Shown here: positions 21,442-32,304 of the stretch, one piece after another
How positions within the stretch are numbered: position 1 is the stretch's first letter
Layout of the letters: each line of letters starts with the position of its first letter
From: an uncultured Chloroflexia bacterium
GTDB lineage: Bacteria > Chloroflexota > Ktedonobacteria > Ktedonobacterales > JADMIN01
DNA: 64,000 nucleotides
Reading direction: 5' to 3'
Assembly: GCA_963712005.1 (NCBI GenBank)
Contig: CAVQGK010000024.1
Coordinates: forward strand, 1,554,046 to 1,618,045
The notes under the pieces: model-generated
The model's input: the letters and a program-made list of their open reading frames with translations, nothing else
What the model was told of the DNA's origin: nothing
The model's database searches: none
Position numbers and translations under genes: made by a program

Positions 21442-22923
21442 TCAACCGCCGTTTCCGCCGCGACCTGTGCCACCACCCGCGCCGCCGCCGAAGCCGCCAC
21501 CAAAGCCACCACCGCCGAAGCCGCCACCACCTAGACCGCGGCCAGTGCCTGTGCCGCCAGTGGCGCTGGAGCTTGAGCTGAGGTTGATGGAGCCATTCTG
21601 CTCGCCGACGACGACAGAATCGTTGGCGTTCAGGCCCGCGAGCACTTCATAGACCGTGCCGTTGCTCAGGCCGAGCACGACCGGTTTGACGACCCATTTG
21701 TTATTGCTGCGCTCGACCACCCAGGCGACCGTCGGACTATCCTGGCTGACCTGACTGTTCTGCTGTTCGAGGGTTGTCAGCATCTGGCGGCCCTGCGTGC
21801 GGACGCTCTGCAGTTGCGCTACCGTCAGGAATCCACCTGCGTTAGTGTTGGCCGCCGCCCGCGCGAAGGTGATGGCGCTGGCCGGGAGCAGCAGTACATT
21901 GATGCGCTGCTGGCGGGTGATGGTCACGTTGGCGGTCATCCCGGTGAAGAGGTTCGACCCTTGCAACGTGGTGGTATCGACCGTGATGGTGACCGGATAG
22001 GTCACGACGCCGGAGGACGACGTGCCGACCTGCGAGACAGAGCTGACGGCGCCACGGAAGATGCGGCTGGGATAGGCCGTGACGGTGAAGGTTGCCGTCT
22101 GACCGTTGGCAATGCCGCTGATATCAGCCTCATTGACACTGGTGGTGATATGGAGGGAGGAGTTGTCGGCGATCTGGATGAAGCCGCTGCTCGAACTGGA
22201 GGATGTCGAGGAGCCGCTAGAGCCACTACCGGGGGCCTCGCCGACCGCGCCATTGATCGCCGTCACAACACCCGCGTGCGTCGCCTTGAGCGTAGCATTG
22301 GCGAGGTTGGCTTTGGCGGTGGCAAGCTGCTGCGCGGCGGAGGCATACTGATTCTCGGCCAGTTGCACGCAGTCTACCGGAGGATTGCTGCTGCTGTTGC
22401 ACTTGTCGAGCGACTGCTGTTCCTGGTCGTAGGCGATATAGGCCTGAAGCTGCGCCTGGCTAACGGCGTTCTGCAGGGCCGTAGGATCCAGTTTGGCCAG
22501 CGTCTGCCCCGCCTTAACGGTCTGCCCGACCGTGACATCGATCGCTGAGACTGTGCCGCTGGTCGCGAACGAGAGATTATACAGATCGGCAGAGACCGGG
22601 CCGGTGCCGCTCACCGTAAGCGCCAGATTGCCCTGCCGCACGGTACCATACTGGTAGGTAGTTGCCTTCTGCGCGCTGGCCAGTCGTGTGCCAACGATGC
22701 TCGCTACCACGGCGACAAGGATGACCCCTGAGACAACAGGCACCCAGCGATGCCGCCACCATGGAGTGGGTAGCGGTATCGTCTCACCCCCCTCACCGTC
22801 GAATTCGAGAAGATCGAGATCGTCATGCGACAACGGCTGCGGGGGGGATTCGTTCGAGGAGTTTTCAGTCAATGCATCCTCGCGATTCGACGATACACCC
22901 TGCTTTTGCCATGGTTCAAGCAT
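21442..22923 (-). CDS. HlyD/MacA-family periplasmic adaptor with Gly/Phe-rich tail
   Basis: N-terminal TM, then coiled-coil and barrel regions typical of efflux adaptors. The tail is GGGGFGGGGFGGGFGGGAGGG. It ends 3 nt before the ATPase gene. Confidence 0.8.
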   Translation of the reverse strand: MLEPWQKQGVSSNREDALTENSSNESPPQPLSHDDLDLLEFDGEGGETIPLPTPWWRHRWVPVVSGVILVAVVASIVGTRLASAQKATTYQYGTVRQGNLALTVSGTGPVSADLYNLSFATSGTVSAIDVTVGQTVKAGQTLAKLDPTALQNAVSQAQLQAYIAYDQEQQSLDKCNSSSNPPVDCVQLAENQYASAAQQLATAKANLANATLKATHAGVVTAINGAVGEAPGSGSSGSSTSSSSSSGFIQIADNSSLHITTSVNEADISGIANGQTATFTVTAYPSRIFRGAVSSVSQVGTSSSGVVTYPVTITVDTTTLQGSNLFTGMTANVTITRQQRINVLLLPASAITFARAAANTNAGGFLTVAQLQSVRTQGRQMLTTLEQQNSQVSQDSPTVAWVVERSNNKWVVKPVVLGLSNGTVYEVLAGLNANDSVVVGEQNGSINLSSSSSATGGTGTGRGLGGGGFGGGGFGGGFGGGAGGGTGRGGNGG

Positions 22924-23110
22924 AGAAAACGCGCCTCCACTTTACCATCACTGTCTCGTCACTTATCCATCGCAATCCCGCTCTACATGCGCTTCCTGCG
23001 TACGCCATTGTACTTGGTCCCTTCCATCTATATTGCCGATGGAAGATGTGATGGTCATCGGAAAAATATGTGAGATTATTCATGAGCTACAGACCAGCCG
23101 CCGATCCCTG

Positions 23111-23863
23111 CTAGCCCTGGATGGCGATAGTACGCGCCGCGATGCCATTGGAGCTGGCCGATCCCATCACGGCCACATTTATGTCCACTTTGAGATCGCT
23201 GGCCTTGGCCTGCGCGGTCTGCTGAATCACAGTTGTCGAGGTGATGGCGACGGAATACTCCTGCCCCTGGACGTCGTGAAAGGTGAGGTGGGAGCCGTTG
23301 ATCGTATCAATCGTGCCCTGAATGCCCTGAAACGCGCCATTGCCATTGCCGTTACCAGCACCGGGAGTGCCCTGCCCGAAACGCTGGCCAGTGCGCTGGA
23401 AGCAGCGCGCATTCCCCCGTGCGGAGGCGGAAGGCGTGCCCGTTGGTCGCCCTGAGCCAGACCCGAAGCCGAAGCCACCGGAGCCAGAGCCATTCGCTCC
23501 CGCCCCCAGCACGTTGATGCGCTGGGCGACGGTCGCATTGGTATCGGTGAGGACGAGCACGGACGTCCCCGTCGCCAGCGATGTCGCGGCGGGATGCGCG
23601 ATCTGTGTGAGTCTGGTCGTCGAGGAGATCTGCACCTGCGTCACCTTGCCCTGGCTATCCGTCACGGCGATGGACCCACTGCCCGTGGAGGTGATTTTCC
23701 CGGTGACCGTCTTGAAGTTCGCCAGTGGCGGGCAGGTTGGGGTGGCGCTGGCGACGACGGATGTAGTCGCGCTGGCGGTTCCACATCCCGCGAGCAGCAC
23801 GCTGGCGATCATGAGACAGAATGCCGCGGCGACGACTGAAATACGTAGGCTGGGCGCTCGCAT
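23111..23863 (-). CDS. lipoprotein with DUF5666-like repeats
   Basis: ATG at 23863 follows GAGGAG. Lipobox LLAGC. Two SIAVTD..VQIS-type beta modules are separated by a Gly-rich linker. Confidence 0.6.
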   Translation of the reverse strand: MRAPSLRISVVAAAFCLMIASVLLAGCGTASATTSVVASATPTCPPLANFKTVTGKITSTGSGSIAVTDSQGKVTQVQISSTTRLTQIAHPAATSLATGTSVLVLTDTNATVAQRINVLGAGANGSGSGGFGFGSGSGRPTGTPSASARGNARCFQRTGQRFGQGTPGAGNGNGNGAFQGIQGTIDTINGSHLTFHDVQGQEYSVAITSTTVIQQTAQAKASDLKVDINVAVMGSASSNGIAARTIAIQG

Positions 23864-24106
23864 GCACAACTCCTCTGGCCCATCGGCTAATTTGGCTGAT
23901 TTGGCTGACGATGAACCCTGGCGGTATCGACTCGGTTCACCGGGCAAGACACGACCATGGATGGTACGCAATTGGGTGTACTCTTCTCATGAAGAATGCC
24001 GGGCAAAAATGTGAGGACCGTAGGAAGTAGATGAGAAAATCTTCATCTTTGGGCAGGCTATGGAAGAATAGCTGTTTTAGCATGCAGACACGGCGTTGGT
24101 GAACGG

Positions 24107-24589
24107 ATGGAGAAGTACCGCATGACGATCTATTTCTGCACTCCACGCGAGCAGCCCTACGGCTGTTTCTCCAACTTCTCGCGGCACGGCATCGCGATGG
24201 GCGATGTCTGGTGGCCGACGGTCGAGCACTACTTCCAGGCGCAGAAGTTCGCGGGCACTGCCAATACCGCGACTGCCGACTACGTCGAGCGGATTCACCG
24301 CGCGGCCACGCCGAAGCAGGCGGCGGAGCTTGGGCGCTCGCGGAGCGTTCCCCTCCGCGCCGATTGGGAGCAGGTGAAGGACGATATCATGCTGGCGGCG
24401 GTCCAGCGCAAATTCGAGACGCACGAGGCGATACGGACGATACTGCTGGCGACGGGAGACGAGGAAATCGTCGAAAACGCGCCGAGAGACTACTACTGGG
24501 GCGGAGGCGCGGATGGCCGCGGCCTGAACCGGCTCGGCACAACGCTGATGGAGATACGGGCGCGGCTACGCCATCCGGGCCACTTATAG
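24107..24589 (+). CDS. NADAR (YbiA/DUF1768) family protein
   Basis: YGCFSNFSRHGI..WPTVEHYFQAQKF and DYYWGGG motifs. Confidence 0.8.
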   Translation: MEKYRMTIYFCTPREQPYGCFSNFSRHGIAMGDVWWPTVEHYFQAQKFAGTANTATADYVERIHRAATPKQAAELGRSRSVPLRADWEQVKDDIMLAAVQRKFETHEAIRTILLATGDEEIVENAPRDYYWGGGADGRGLNRLGTTLMEIRARLRHPGHL

Positions 24590-24601
24590 GCAATGGAGGC
24601 G

Positions 24602-25945
24602 CTATGGCAGGCTGGCGGGGTGGTGCGCACCAGTGACCGTGCCGACGGCGGACGGAGCCGCTACCTGCCATTGCTGGAGTTCCGGGAAGTCTACACCGGG
24701 AGTCTCGCTCCAGAGCGCCGAGGTGTCGAAGCCCGTACTATCCGCGTACCATGCGGGCAGTCCCCCGGCTGAGGGATCGTGCTTCGTCGCCGCGCCTCCG
24801 CTCAGGAAGCCGGTGAAGACGAGAGGGTCAGGCGTGGATGGTATGCCAATGAGCAGGCTGTTGCTCGCTACCACGGCTACCTGCTTCTGGTCTGGCGCGA
24901 TGGCGAGATAGGCGTTGGCGTTGGAGACAGCCCCGGCGAGTATCGGAGTGGGCGTGCCTGGATTGTTGATGGTGACTACATGAAACTCAGATGTGGTTTT
25001 GACAGCAGGGTATCCAGGAGGGTTGTTCAGTGGCCCGCCAGCGACGAGGGTCCGCTGGTATGCCAGCGTCTTTCCATTCGCGGTGACGTCCCAGCCCATG
25101 GCACCTACTTCACCATGATAGAAGTCTGGACAGCTCGCGGTCTCGCCGAGGTCATAGGGCTGGCCAAGGGAAGCCTGGGCAGCCATACTATAGCGCTTCA
25201 GCGATGCGCTGCCGAGATACCAGTAGAAGATCGTATTCCCTGGACCAGGCGCACAGGCCTGAAACTGCTTCATCTGAGCAAGCTCAAGGTAGAACAGTGT
25301 GTCGCAGCGCACGACGCCTTGAATGGCAGTGGTCACACCAGGCAAGGGAGTGAGTGTCTGCGTCGTGAGGCTGTAGCGATAGGTCGTCGTATTGGAGGCG
25401 CTCGTCCCTCCAATCTCTAAAGGAGCGGGCATCACAGCGAAGATCAAGAGGTCGTTGTTGTCTGACCAGGCCATGCTGCGCTCACGAGCCCACTCCATCT
25501 CGATAGGCGACGCCATCTGCATGTTCGCCGGGAGCTGCACCTGGGTGGCCACGTGGGTGCTAGTGTCCACGACAAAGGGATATGACATGACCCCGGACGG
25601 GTTCGTGACCTCCACCAGCGTAGCAAGGTGGTGTCCATCTGGCGCCCAGGTGGTGAATCCCGGCCTGGTGGGGGCCATGACATCCTCAAATGGCAGGCCG
25701 AGGGGATAGCTGAAATTGCTGATCTGGCCGACCGGGCCACCGTTGAATGTGCCCGTGATCTGCCGGTTGGAATCCACCCAGGAGTGAGCCGTTGCAGTGG
25801 GGGTTGTCCCACAGACCTGATTGAGCACGGATGGCGGGGTACCTACCTGCACCGGACCGCTTACAGCCCCGCATCCGGATAGAATGGTGGCGCTGAGCAT
25901 GAGGCAGCCCAGGACGAAACACAGGCGCGTGAAGAACCTTCGCAT
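24602..25945 (-). CDS. secreted lipoprotein, beta-propeller-like, function unknown
   Basis: Signal peptide with lipobox ILSGCG. A 447-aa Ser/Thr/Gly-rich beta-type sequence. Confidence 0.6.
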   Translation of the reverse strand: MRRFFTRLCFVLGCLMLSATILSGCGAVSGPVQVGTPPSVLNQVCGTTPTATAHSWVDSNRQITGTFNGGPVGQISNFSYPLGLPFEDVMAPTRPGFTTWAPDGHHLATLVEVTNPSGVMSYPFVVDTSTHVATQVQLPANMQMASPIEMEWARERSMAWSDNNDLLIFAVMPAPLEIGGTSASNTTTYRYSLTTQTLTPLPGVTTAIQGVVRCDTLFYLELAQMKQFQACAPGPGNTIFYWYLGSASLKRYSMAAQASLGQPYDLGETASCPDFYHGEVGAMGWDVTANGKTLAYQRTLVAGGPLNNPPGYPAVKTTSEFHVVTINNPGTPTPILAGAVSNANAYLAIAPDQKQVAVVASNSLLIGIPSTPDPLVFTGFLSGGAATKHDPSAGGLPAWYADSTGFDTSALWSETPGVDFPELQQWQVAAPSAVGTVTGAHHPASLP

Positions 25946-26191
25946 GCTATGAGCGCCCTTTCAATAGGGAGTCTGGGAGCCACCTGAGGCAATGTGAAGC
26001 AAGTGTACGCTTGACGCGCATGCCGCCGCTGTGAGCAAGTTCACACTCGAACAGCAAATATGCTGAGGTGTTCACGATGGCATGGGTGGTGCTTGGTGGT
26101 CGCGCGAACGGCTGCGCCATGTAGGCTATTGATGGGAGATACGCTCTCTTCACGGCATAGCATCTATGGCCTTCGGGAATAGACATTCGTA

Positions 26192-28482
26192 GTGGTGAAA
26201 GTTTGGCCAATAGTGATGTTGCTCTCAGCGCCCGGAGTCGCGCTTACGGCGATCTTTCTCACGGCGCCCGGCGTGCTCTGGGCGGTCTATTGCTATCCCT
26301 CCGGCTCATATGCCATGCGGGTCGCCGTCGGCCTGGCGCTGGGGCTGGCGTTTCAGTGGCATATATGCGCGTTGCTCGCCGCTGGACCCGGCATTACGCG
26401 GATCTCCGTCATCCTCGCAACGAGCGGCGGACTGCTCATCGCGGGCACGTTGGCGTGGCGCAGGCGTCATACTTTCCGACTCCGACGATTGCCGTGGCAG
26501 TCGCGGCATGCCTGGCTACTGCTGACGATTCTTGGCGTATCCGCGGGAATCTCCGCGATTCCGTTGGCGGTACATGCCATTCCGCAGGGATGGGATCCCA
26601 GCTTTCACGCGCTGCTCGCCAGTACCACCGTCGCTACGGGCCGTTTGCCCACCTGGGCGCCCTACGAGCCGATACCGATTAACTATCCCTACGGCCCGCA
26701 TGTCTTCATCGCCGAAATCAGCCTGCTCACTGGCGTCGCGCCCGACCAGGTCTTCGGTGTGTTGCTCAATCTGCTGACGCCACTCGCGACCGGGCTGGCG
26801 CTCTATGCCTTCGCGCGCCAGGCGTGGCGAGACGCCGGGGCCGCCCTGGGCGCGGTGGCGGCCTATGCATTGCTGGGCAATTGGGGCAGTCTGGACTACG
26901 GCGCCTGGGGAGGATTGCCGAATACGCTTGGCTGTTTCCTCCTGCTGGCGTTTCTGTTGGTATTCTTCGCGCGCGGCGCTGAGTGGGCGCGCGTGCTGGT
27001 CGGCGGGCTGCTGCTCGGCGCGCTTCCATTAGCCCATCATCATGTGATGCTGACTGCGGTATTGCTGCTGGCTGGGTACGGACTCTTCCTCGGCGTGTGG
27101 GCGCTGGCAAGCGTGGCCAACCCGCTGGTCACTTTGCTTTGCGTCATCTGCGCCGCCTGGGGCTGACCGCGCTGGTCGCGTTCGTCACCGTCTCCTACTA
27201 TGCCGTGCCCTATCTCGCGCGTGCTCGCGATGTAGGGAACTCCGATGTTCTACGCTATGCCGATCACTTCACGGGGCTGATCTTCGATAAGAATGGCTGG
27301 CTGCTCTGGATACTGGCGCTGGCTGGCATGGGATATGTGGCCATCGCTGCTCTGGGGCGCAAGCGGGTAAAGTCGTCGCTTCATATCCGCTGGACGGGCG
27401 CGCTGGCATTCACGGTCGTGGCGAGTATCCTGCTGCTCCTCGCGTTTCTGCTCGGCTACTATGGCTACCGTGCCTACAGCCTGCGTGTCTATCACCAGCC
27501 CTACACGGCGTTTACCCCAACACGCTTTCTGACCGATCTGACCTACTTTCTCGCGATATTTGCTGGCCTGCCGCTTGCCCAACTCTGGCGCTGGGCTGGA
27601 GCTTCTGGCGCGGGCGTGATGCGTTGGCTACGCTCGCCCTGGACGCGCAGTGCGCTCCGTGTCGCGATTGCGCTGGCGCTGCTTGTCACTGCGGGCCTCA
27701 CGATTCTCTCGCAATTTGTGCCTGATCAGGGACACCTTGAACCCGGCGAGTCGGCGGCATTCACCTGGATCGAGCGCTCCACACCCGCGAATACGGTGGT
27801 GATGAATCTCGACCCAACGAATCGCTGGGCGCCCTACTTTACCCAGCGCGAGGTGACTCAGACACCAATCCCCACGAGCGAGTTCACGACGGGCTATGTC
27901 GCCGAGAAACGCTATCTCGCGGGTGTATTGCTTTCGCTGCTGCGCGGAGACAGACTGGTCGCGTTTGCCGCCGATGGCACGGCGCTGCCAACTTTGGCGG
28001 CGCGCCCGGTCGCGTTGCTCAGCGATACCCGCCTTCCACCCGCCTGGGACGGGTCGCTGCGATTCCAGGCCGGGCCAGAGTTGGTCTATATGCTGGGGAA
28101 CACGTTCGGCCAGTCGCTTGAGCAGACACCCACTGCGCGTTGGTGGAATGGGCAGCGGCCACCGCCTGCTGGCTGGCAAGCATCGAAGAATCTCGCAGGC
28201 TGGGCCGCGCAGCCGCCAGCACTACCAAACGCTAGCGGCGAGGTCTATCTGCGGATGACCGTTCCAGGTGGAACTCTGTCGCCGCTACGGGTGAGCTGCG
28301 AAGCGTCATCAGGCGGACGCCTCTTCATTGATGGCAAAGCAGTGCCCGATATCTGCGTCGGCTCGTGGCAGACATTCCCGGAGCTTGCCGTCCCAGGAAC
28401 GCACCAACTGGCCTTCATGGCGTTTCCTGGCCACGCCCTCGGTCCCTGGTTCGATGTAGCAGTCGTCACCGGTAACAATTGA
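26192..28482 (+). pseudogene. large polytopic membrane protein (GT-C-like?), one frame change near 27110
   Basis: ORFs 26192..27166 and 26983..28482 join into about 760 aa. More than 10 TM helices, then a soluble C-terminal domain. Confidence 0.6.
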
Positions 28483-28764
28483 ACACTGCTAGCTAACGTG
28501 TAGCGATCCGCCCGCGCAAGTTCGAGGAGCAGGTTAGGAGTGGAAGGGACACTTCAACAGTGTCTCAACCTGGGCTTTCCTCTCGTACTGGCCGTGTGTA
28601 TGCTCTCCATGTGGGGACGCGGGCGGATGTATTCGCACCGCCAGCATACCATGCGATGGGCGGCGATGCCTGGCAGATTTCTCACCAATACTCAGGAACG
28701 TCGGATTCGCTCCGCACGTCGGATGGCAACACATTCTTCCGAAGAGTAGACGCGGGGTGTTAGG

Positions 28765-29000
28765 ATAGAAGGCGACTTGACACTCCGCACGGGCCGAGGC
28801 CCGACGGATTCTCAGGAAACGTATGTGGTAACCCACTGCGTTAACTCCTGACGGGCCTGCCCGGCCCCAAGAGGCGGTTACTCCATCGCCAGGCGAGCGA
28901 GGCTCTACAACAAAACTCTGGCTCAAGCGGAGCGCACCACGTCCAAGGTACGTTAGTGCTTTTACCCGTGGGAACGATGGACCACGGAACCCGCAAACAC
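28765..29000 (-). pseudogene. tnpB: solo 3-prime remnant of a second tnpB with its right-end module
   Basis: Minus-strand remnants LGAGQARQ and HRSH, then CTGAGAATCCG-stem-CGGAGTGTCAA at 28777-28815, as in the 9.7-kb element. Confidence 0.55.
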
Positions 29001-29080
29001 TATTTGATTGGTGAGGTGCAACATGCCTACAGATGTATTCTCGCACAAGCGGGCGGAAAGGGCAATGGAACAGGAAGAAC

Positions 29081-29148
29081 GGGCTAAAGCCCAGGCAGCG
29101 CCTCACCGCCTGGGTCAAGACCCGACGGCTAGCGTCGGGCTAAAGCCC
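29081..29148. repeat. hairpin cluster (copy C)
   Basis: GGGCtaaaGCCC occurs twice, flanking CCCAGGC..GCCTGGG and CCCGACG..CGTCGGG stems. Confidence 0.6.
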
Positions 29149-29197
29149 ATTCCTATCAGAGCAAGACAAGTCATGGCTGTGCGCGTGGGACTGGGGA

Positions 29198-29416
29198 ATG
29201 GCGATGCATGAGGATGTGTTCTACTGGCAAGTCTCGGCAGACGAATATCGCGCCGTTTTCAAGGAGACCATTCACAGCCTCGATACGCATGAAGCCTGGG
29301 GGCATACGAGCATGTATGTCACACGCGCCTATTCCTGCACGACGGTTTCGGGGGATAAGGCGCTCCGCATCACACTACTGGACGGCGAGGAATGGCTGGT
29401 GGTCGAGAAGGAATAA
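29198..29416 (+). CDS. small hypothetical protein (72 aa)
   Basis: Balanced composition MAMHEDVFYWQVSADEYRAVFKE..EEWLVVEKE, with GGGGAA upstream. No family recognised. Confidence 0.45.
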   Translation: MAMHEDVFYWQVSADEYRAVFKETIHSLDTHEAWGHTSMYVTRAYSCTTVSGDKALRITLLDGEEWLVVEKE

Positions 29417-29431
29417 ACGGGCGATGGTTGA

Positions 29432-29478
29432 TGGCGGCCCCGCCGGGAATCGAACCTGGGTGTTCGGTATAGAAGACC
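29432..29478 (-). tRNA. tRNA 3-prime-half-like fragment, not a complete tRNA
   Basis: Minus strand GGT-CTTCTAT-ACCGA-ACAC-CCAGG-TTCGATT-CCCGG-CGGGGCC-G-CCA. This gives an anticodon-loop-like element, a T-arm, an acceptor 3-prime strand and CCA. No D-arm or matching 5-prime acceptor strand. Confidence 0.5.
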
Positions 29479-29508
29479 TCTGCGAAGCAATCCAACATGG
29501 CTCGCTGG

Positions 29509-31584
29509 CTAGGCGGAGGGGGCCAGCGGCAGTGTGAACCAGAAGGTGCTGCCCGCCCCCGGCGCACTCTCGACCCCGATTGTGCCGCCATGCTGCTCGA
29601 CAATCTGGCGGCTGATGTATAGCCCCAGGCCGAGGCTGGGGCTCTTCGTCGTCTGAGCCTGGACCCCCTGCACGCGATGGAAACGATCCCAGATGCGCTC
29701 CTGCTCGCTCTCGGGGATGCCCGGCCCCCCGTCATGAACGAGCACACAAGCCTGCTGGGGAGCCGCCGCATCGGCAGCATCCGAACCACCTGCGTTGGGC
29801 GCGCCGCGCTCGATACGGAGTGTGAGGGTAATCGGCTGACGGACGGGCGAATATTTGTCAGCATTCGAGAGCAGATTGGCCAGCACCTGACCGATACGGT
29901 CGCGATCCGCCTCCACCGTCACCGATCCATTGGGGAGGTTGACATGGATCTCGCGCGTCTCGGCCATCTGCATAGGCCGCACTTCCTGCTGACAGAGGGT
30001 CACCAGATCAAACGGTTTTCGGTCGAGGACCAGCTTATTCGACTCGAGGCCAACCACGGCATGCATGTCGCTAAGCAGGCGTTCCATCCGCACGACTTCG
30101 TGAACCATCGTCGCCAGCACATCGGGATCCGGCGTGCTGGGCGCGCGACCGCGCTCGATCATCCGCTGCTGCAGTTGCAGATACAGTTTGATGGCGGCCA
30201 GCGGGTTGGCCAGGTCGTGCGCCACCACCCTGAAGATATCCATGCGCTGCTGCTCGAGCCGCCGCTGCAACGTGACATCGCGCGTGACCACCACGGCGCC
30301 CATCAACTGGCACTCGGCATCACGAAGCGGCGCGCCGCTGACCTGCAAGGTCAATTCGCGACCAGTCGCCGACGTGACAAGCATCTCGATGGGCGCTGTC
30401 GTAGCAACGATCTCGCCGCGCAGCACCCGGTACACCGGCCAGTCCGCCTCTGAAAAAGGCTTCCCATCGGGATCCCGCAGCTGGAGCCGGGTAAGCCGAT
30501 CGTGCGTCGTCTCCCCCTCTATCTCGGGATGCTCATCATAGCCCGCGACGGCGCGGGCCATCGCGTTCATCTGTATCAACTCGCCGGTGCGGTCATAGAT
30601 GTAGACACCCTCATGCACCGCTTCAAACGTGCGTTCGAGCAACTCTCTCTGCGCGCGCAGTTTTTCCTGCATCTCCCGGCGTCTGGTGATATCGCGGACA
30701 ATGGCCTGCCAGCGCCCATCCGAGATAATGCGCGCGTTGATCTCGACCGGCACGAGCGAGCCATCCTTGCGGCGCAGTTGCTGTTCGGCTCGATGAGTCT
30801 CGCCCCGCAACATCTTTTCCCGCGACTCAACCAGACCAGGCTCATCTTCAGGCAAAATGATATCCACGATGCTCATGTTGAGCAGTTCTTCACGTGAATA
30901 GCCAAGCAGCGCGCAGGCGGCGGGATTGACCTCGATATAGTGTCCGTGAAGGTCTGCCACAAACACGGAATCCGCGGCCTGCTCCATGAGCGCCTGATAG
31001 CGTGTTATCAGGATGCGCGCGCCTTCCTCCAGATAGTCCCACTCGGTGATATCGTCAAAGGTCACGAAGACCCTCGCCGGGAGCGCGCTATCAGGGGCCA
31101 GCCGCGGGATAGCGTTGACACGCATCCAGCGGTAGCGCTCCTCGCCCGGATTGAACACACCCAGAATGGTATTCCGCACTGCCTGGCCAGTGCGTGAGGC
31201 CACCATCGCGGGATGCATCGCTCCAGGGACTTCGACGCCATCCACCTGGATAGCGCGCCAGCGTGGGTCAAAGGAGGAGAGCCCCAACAGTTGTTCTCTC
31301 GTCAGGCCGAGCAGCCGCTGCGCCGCGGGATTGGCGTCGATGATGCGCCCGTCCGCATCCTGGAAGACCACGCCGACAGCCATGTTGGCGAAGAGATCCT
31401 GATAGCGTATCAGGGCCGCATCATCATAGCGTGACAGGGTCGTGTCATCATAGTGCGCCAGGCCTACATCATCGTCACTTGCCGGGAAGGGCGAGATCTC
31501 GTCGATGTTCGCGGCGCCTGCCTCTTCGCCGGGCCATCCCTGATCGTCGGGCTTATCATGCGGCGGTATGCTCTGCGCGCTCAT
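29509..31584 (-). CDS. multi-PAS sensor histidine kinase
   Basis: Three PAS-like modules, HisKA FRVVAHDLANPL, and a HATPase domain with DRIGQVLANLLSNA and GLGLYISRQIVEQHGG. Confidence 0.9.
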   Translation of the reverse strand: MSAQSIPPHDKPDDQGWPGEEAGAANIDEISPFPASDDDVGLAHYDDTTLSRYDDAALIRYQDLFANMAVGVVFQDADGRIIDANPAAQRLLGLTREQLLGLSSFDPRWRAIQVDGVEVPGAMHPAMVASRTGQAVRNTILGVFNPGEERYRWMRVNAIPRLAPDSALPARVFVTFDDITEWDYLEEGARILITRYQALMEQAADSVFVADLHGHYIEVNPAACALLGYSREELLNMSIVDIILPEDEPGLVESREKMLRGETHRAEQQLRRKDGSLVPVEINARIISDGRWQAIVRDITRRREMQEKLRAQRELLERTFEAVHEGVYIYDRTGELIQMNAMARAVAGYDEHPEIEGETTHDRLTRLQLRDPDGKPFSEADWPVYRVLRGEIVATTAPIEMLVTSATGRELTLQVSGAPLRDAECQLMGAVVVTRDVTLQRRLEQQRMDIFRVVAHDLANPLAAIKLYLQLQQRMIERGRAPSTPDPDVLATMVHEVVRMERLLSDMHAVVGLESNKLVLDRKPFDLVTLCQQEVRPMQMAETREIHVNLPNGSVTVEADRDRIGQVLANLLSNADKYSPVRQPITLTLRIERGAPNAGGSDAADAAAPQQACVLVHDGGPGIPESEQERIWDRFHRVQGVQAQTTKSPSLGLGLYISRQIVEQHGGTIGVESAPGAGSTFWFTLPLAPSA

Positions 31585-31743
31585 CCTCCGCTCCTTCCCG
31601 ATGGCCTGGCGCTCAATGCGCTGGATGCCTCCACCTGCAGGATATATATGTGGAAGTCACATTTCCATCACAATATCGCGGCTGTGGCTACCTATAGGTA
31701 TATTTCACCTGAGAGGATTGTCGCACATTTCGCGGTTTTGCTG

Positions 31744-32115
31744 TCAGCTCGCTTGTGCGAGTAGCTCGCGCAGGACGACGGCGTTGCAGTGTTCGGTATC
31801 GCGCGCGGCGAAGACCAGTGTGACATGCTGCTTCCGTGCCAGCGCGCGTAGCTCCGTCAGCGCGGCGTGGCCTGGGTCAGCCGCAAGCTCCACCTCGTAG
31901 CGGCGGCGAAACTCCGCGAACTTCGCCGGATCGTGTCCGAACCAGATGCGCAGCTCTCGGCTTGGCGCGACATCCTTCAGCCAGAGGTCCACTCGCGCCC
32001 GTTCTTTCGAGAGGCCGCGCGGCCAGAGCCGGTCCACCAGCACGCGCGTGCCGTCGCCAGGCTCCGGCTCCTCATAGACCCGTTTCTGCGCCACCGTGAC
32101 GCCTGCATGGGGCAT
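31744..32115 (-). CDS. DUF488 (YeaO-like) family protein
   Basis: RVLVDRLWPRGLSKE..DLWLKDVAPSRELRIWFGHDP. Confidence 0.8.
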   Translation of the reverse strand: MPHAGVTVAQKRVYEEPEPGDGTRVLVDRLWPRGLSKERARVDLWLKDVAPSRELRIWFGHDPAKFAEFRRRYEVELAADPGHAALTELRALARKQHVTLVFAARDTEHCNAVVLRELLAQAS

Positions 32116-32304
32116 GTCATTCCTCCTTTACCGCTTTTCCAGTTGGAGATTGCCCGTTCACTCCCTCATTGTACTCACAGACACAGGATGCAGTCTTCTC
32201 GCTCTCGCGCCAGCCCTATCGCAAAAACATAAGATGTATTCAAAGTAGACACTGAGTGGTAGACTAGACCTCAATCAAGCTGTGTTTATCGTGGAGGGAA
32301 ACGA

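Noticed and set aside
21371-21652. Plus-strand proline-rich ORF (PPPKPPPKPPPPKPPPPRPRP)
   Set aside because: It is the mirror image of the Gly/Phe-rich tail of the HlyD-family gene on the minus strand.
28534-29118. 194-aa minus-strand ORF
   Set aside because: It spans the tnpB tail remnant, the right-end module and the hairpins. Only short stretches resemble TnpB, so it is not an intact gene.
29432-29524. Complete (93-nt, long-arm or Sec-type) tRNA on the minus strand
   Set aside because: GGCCCCC upstream could pair with the acceptor 3-prime strand. However, no D-arm forms, the extra length is on the wrong side of the anticodon loop, and it would overlap the kinase stop. Only the 3-prime half is tRNA-like.
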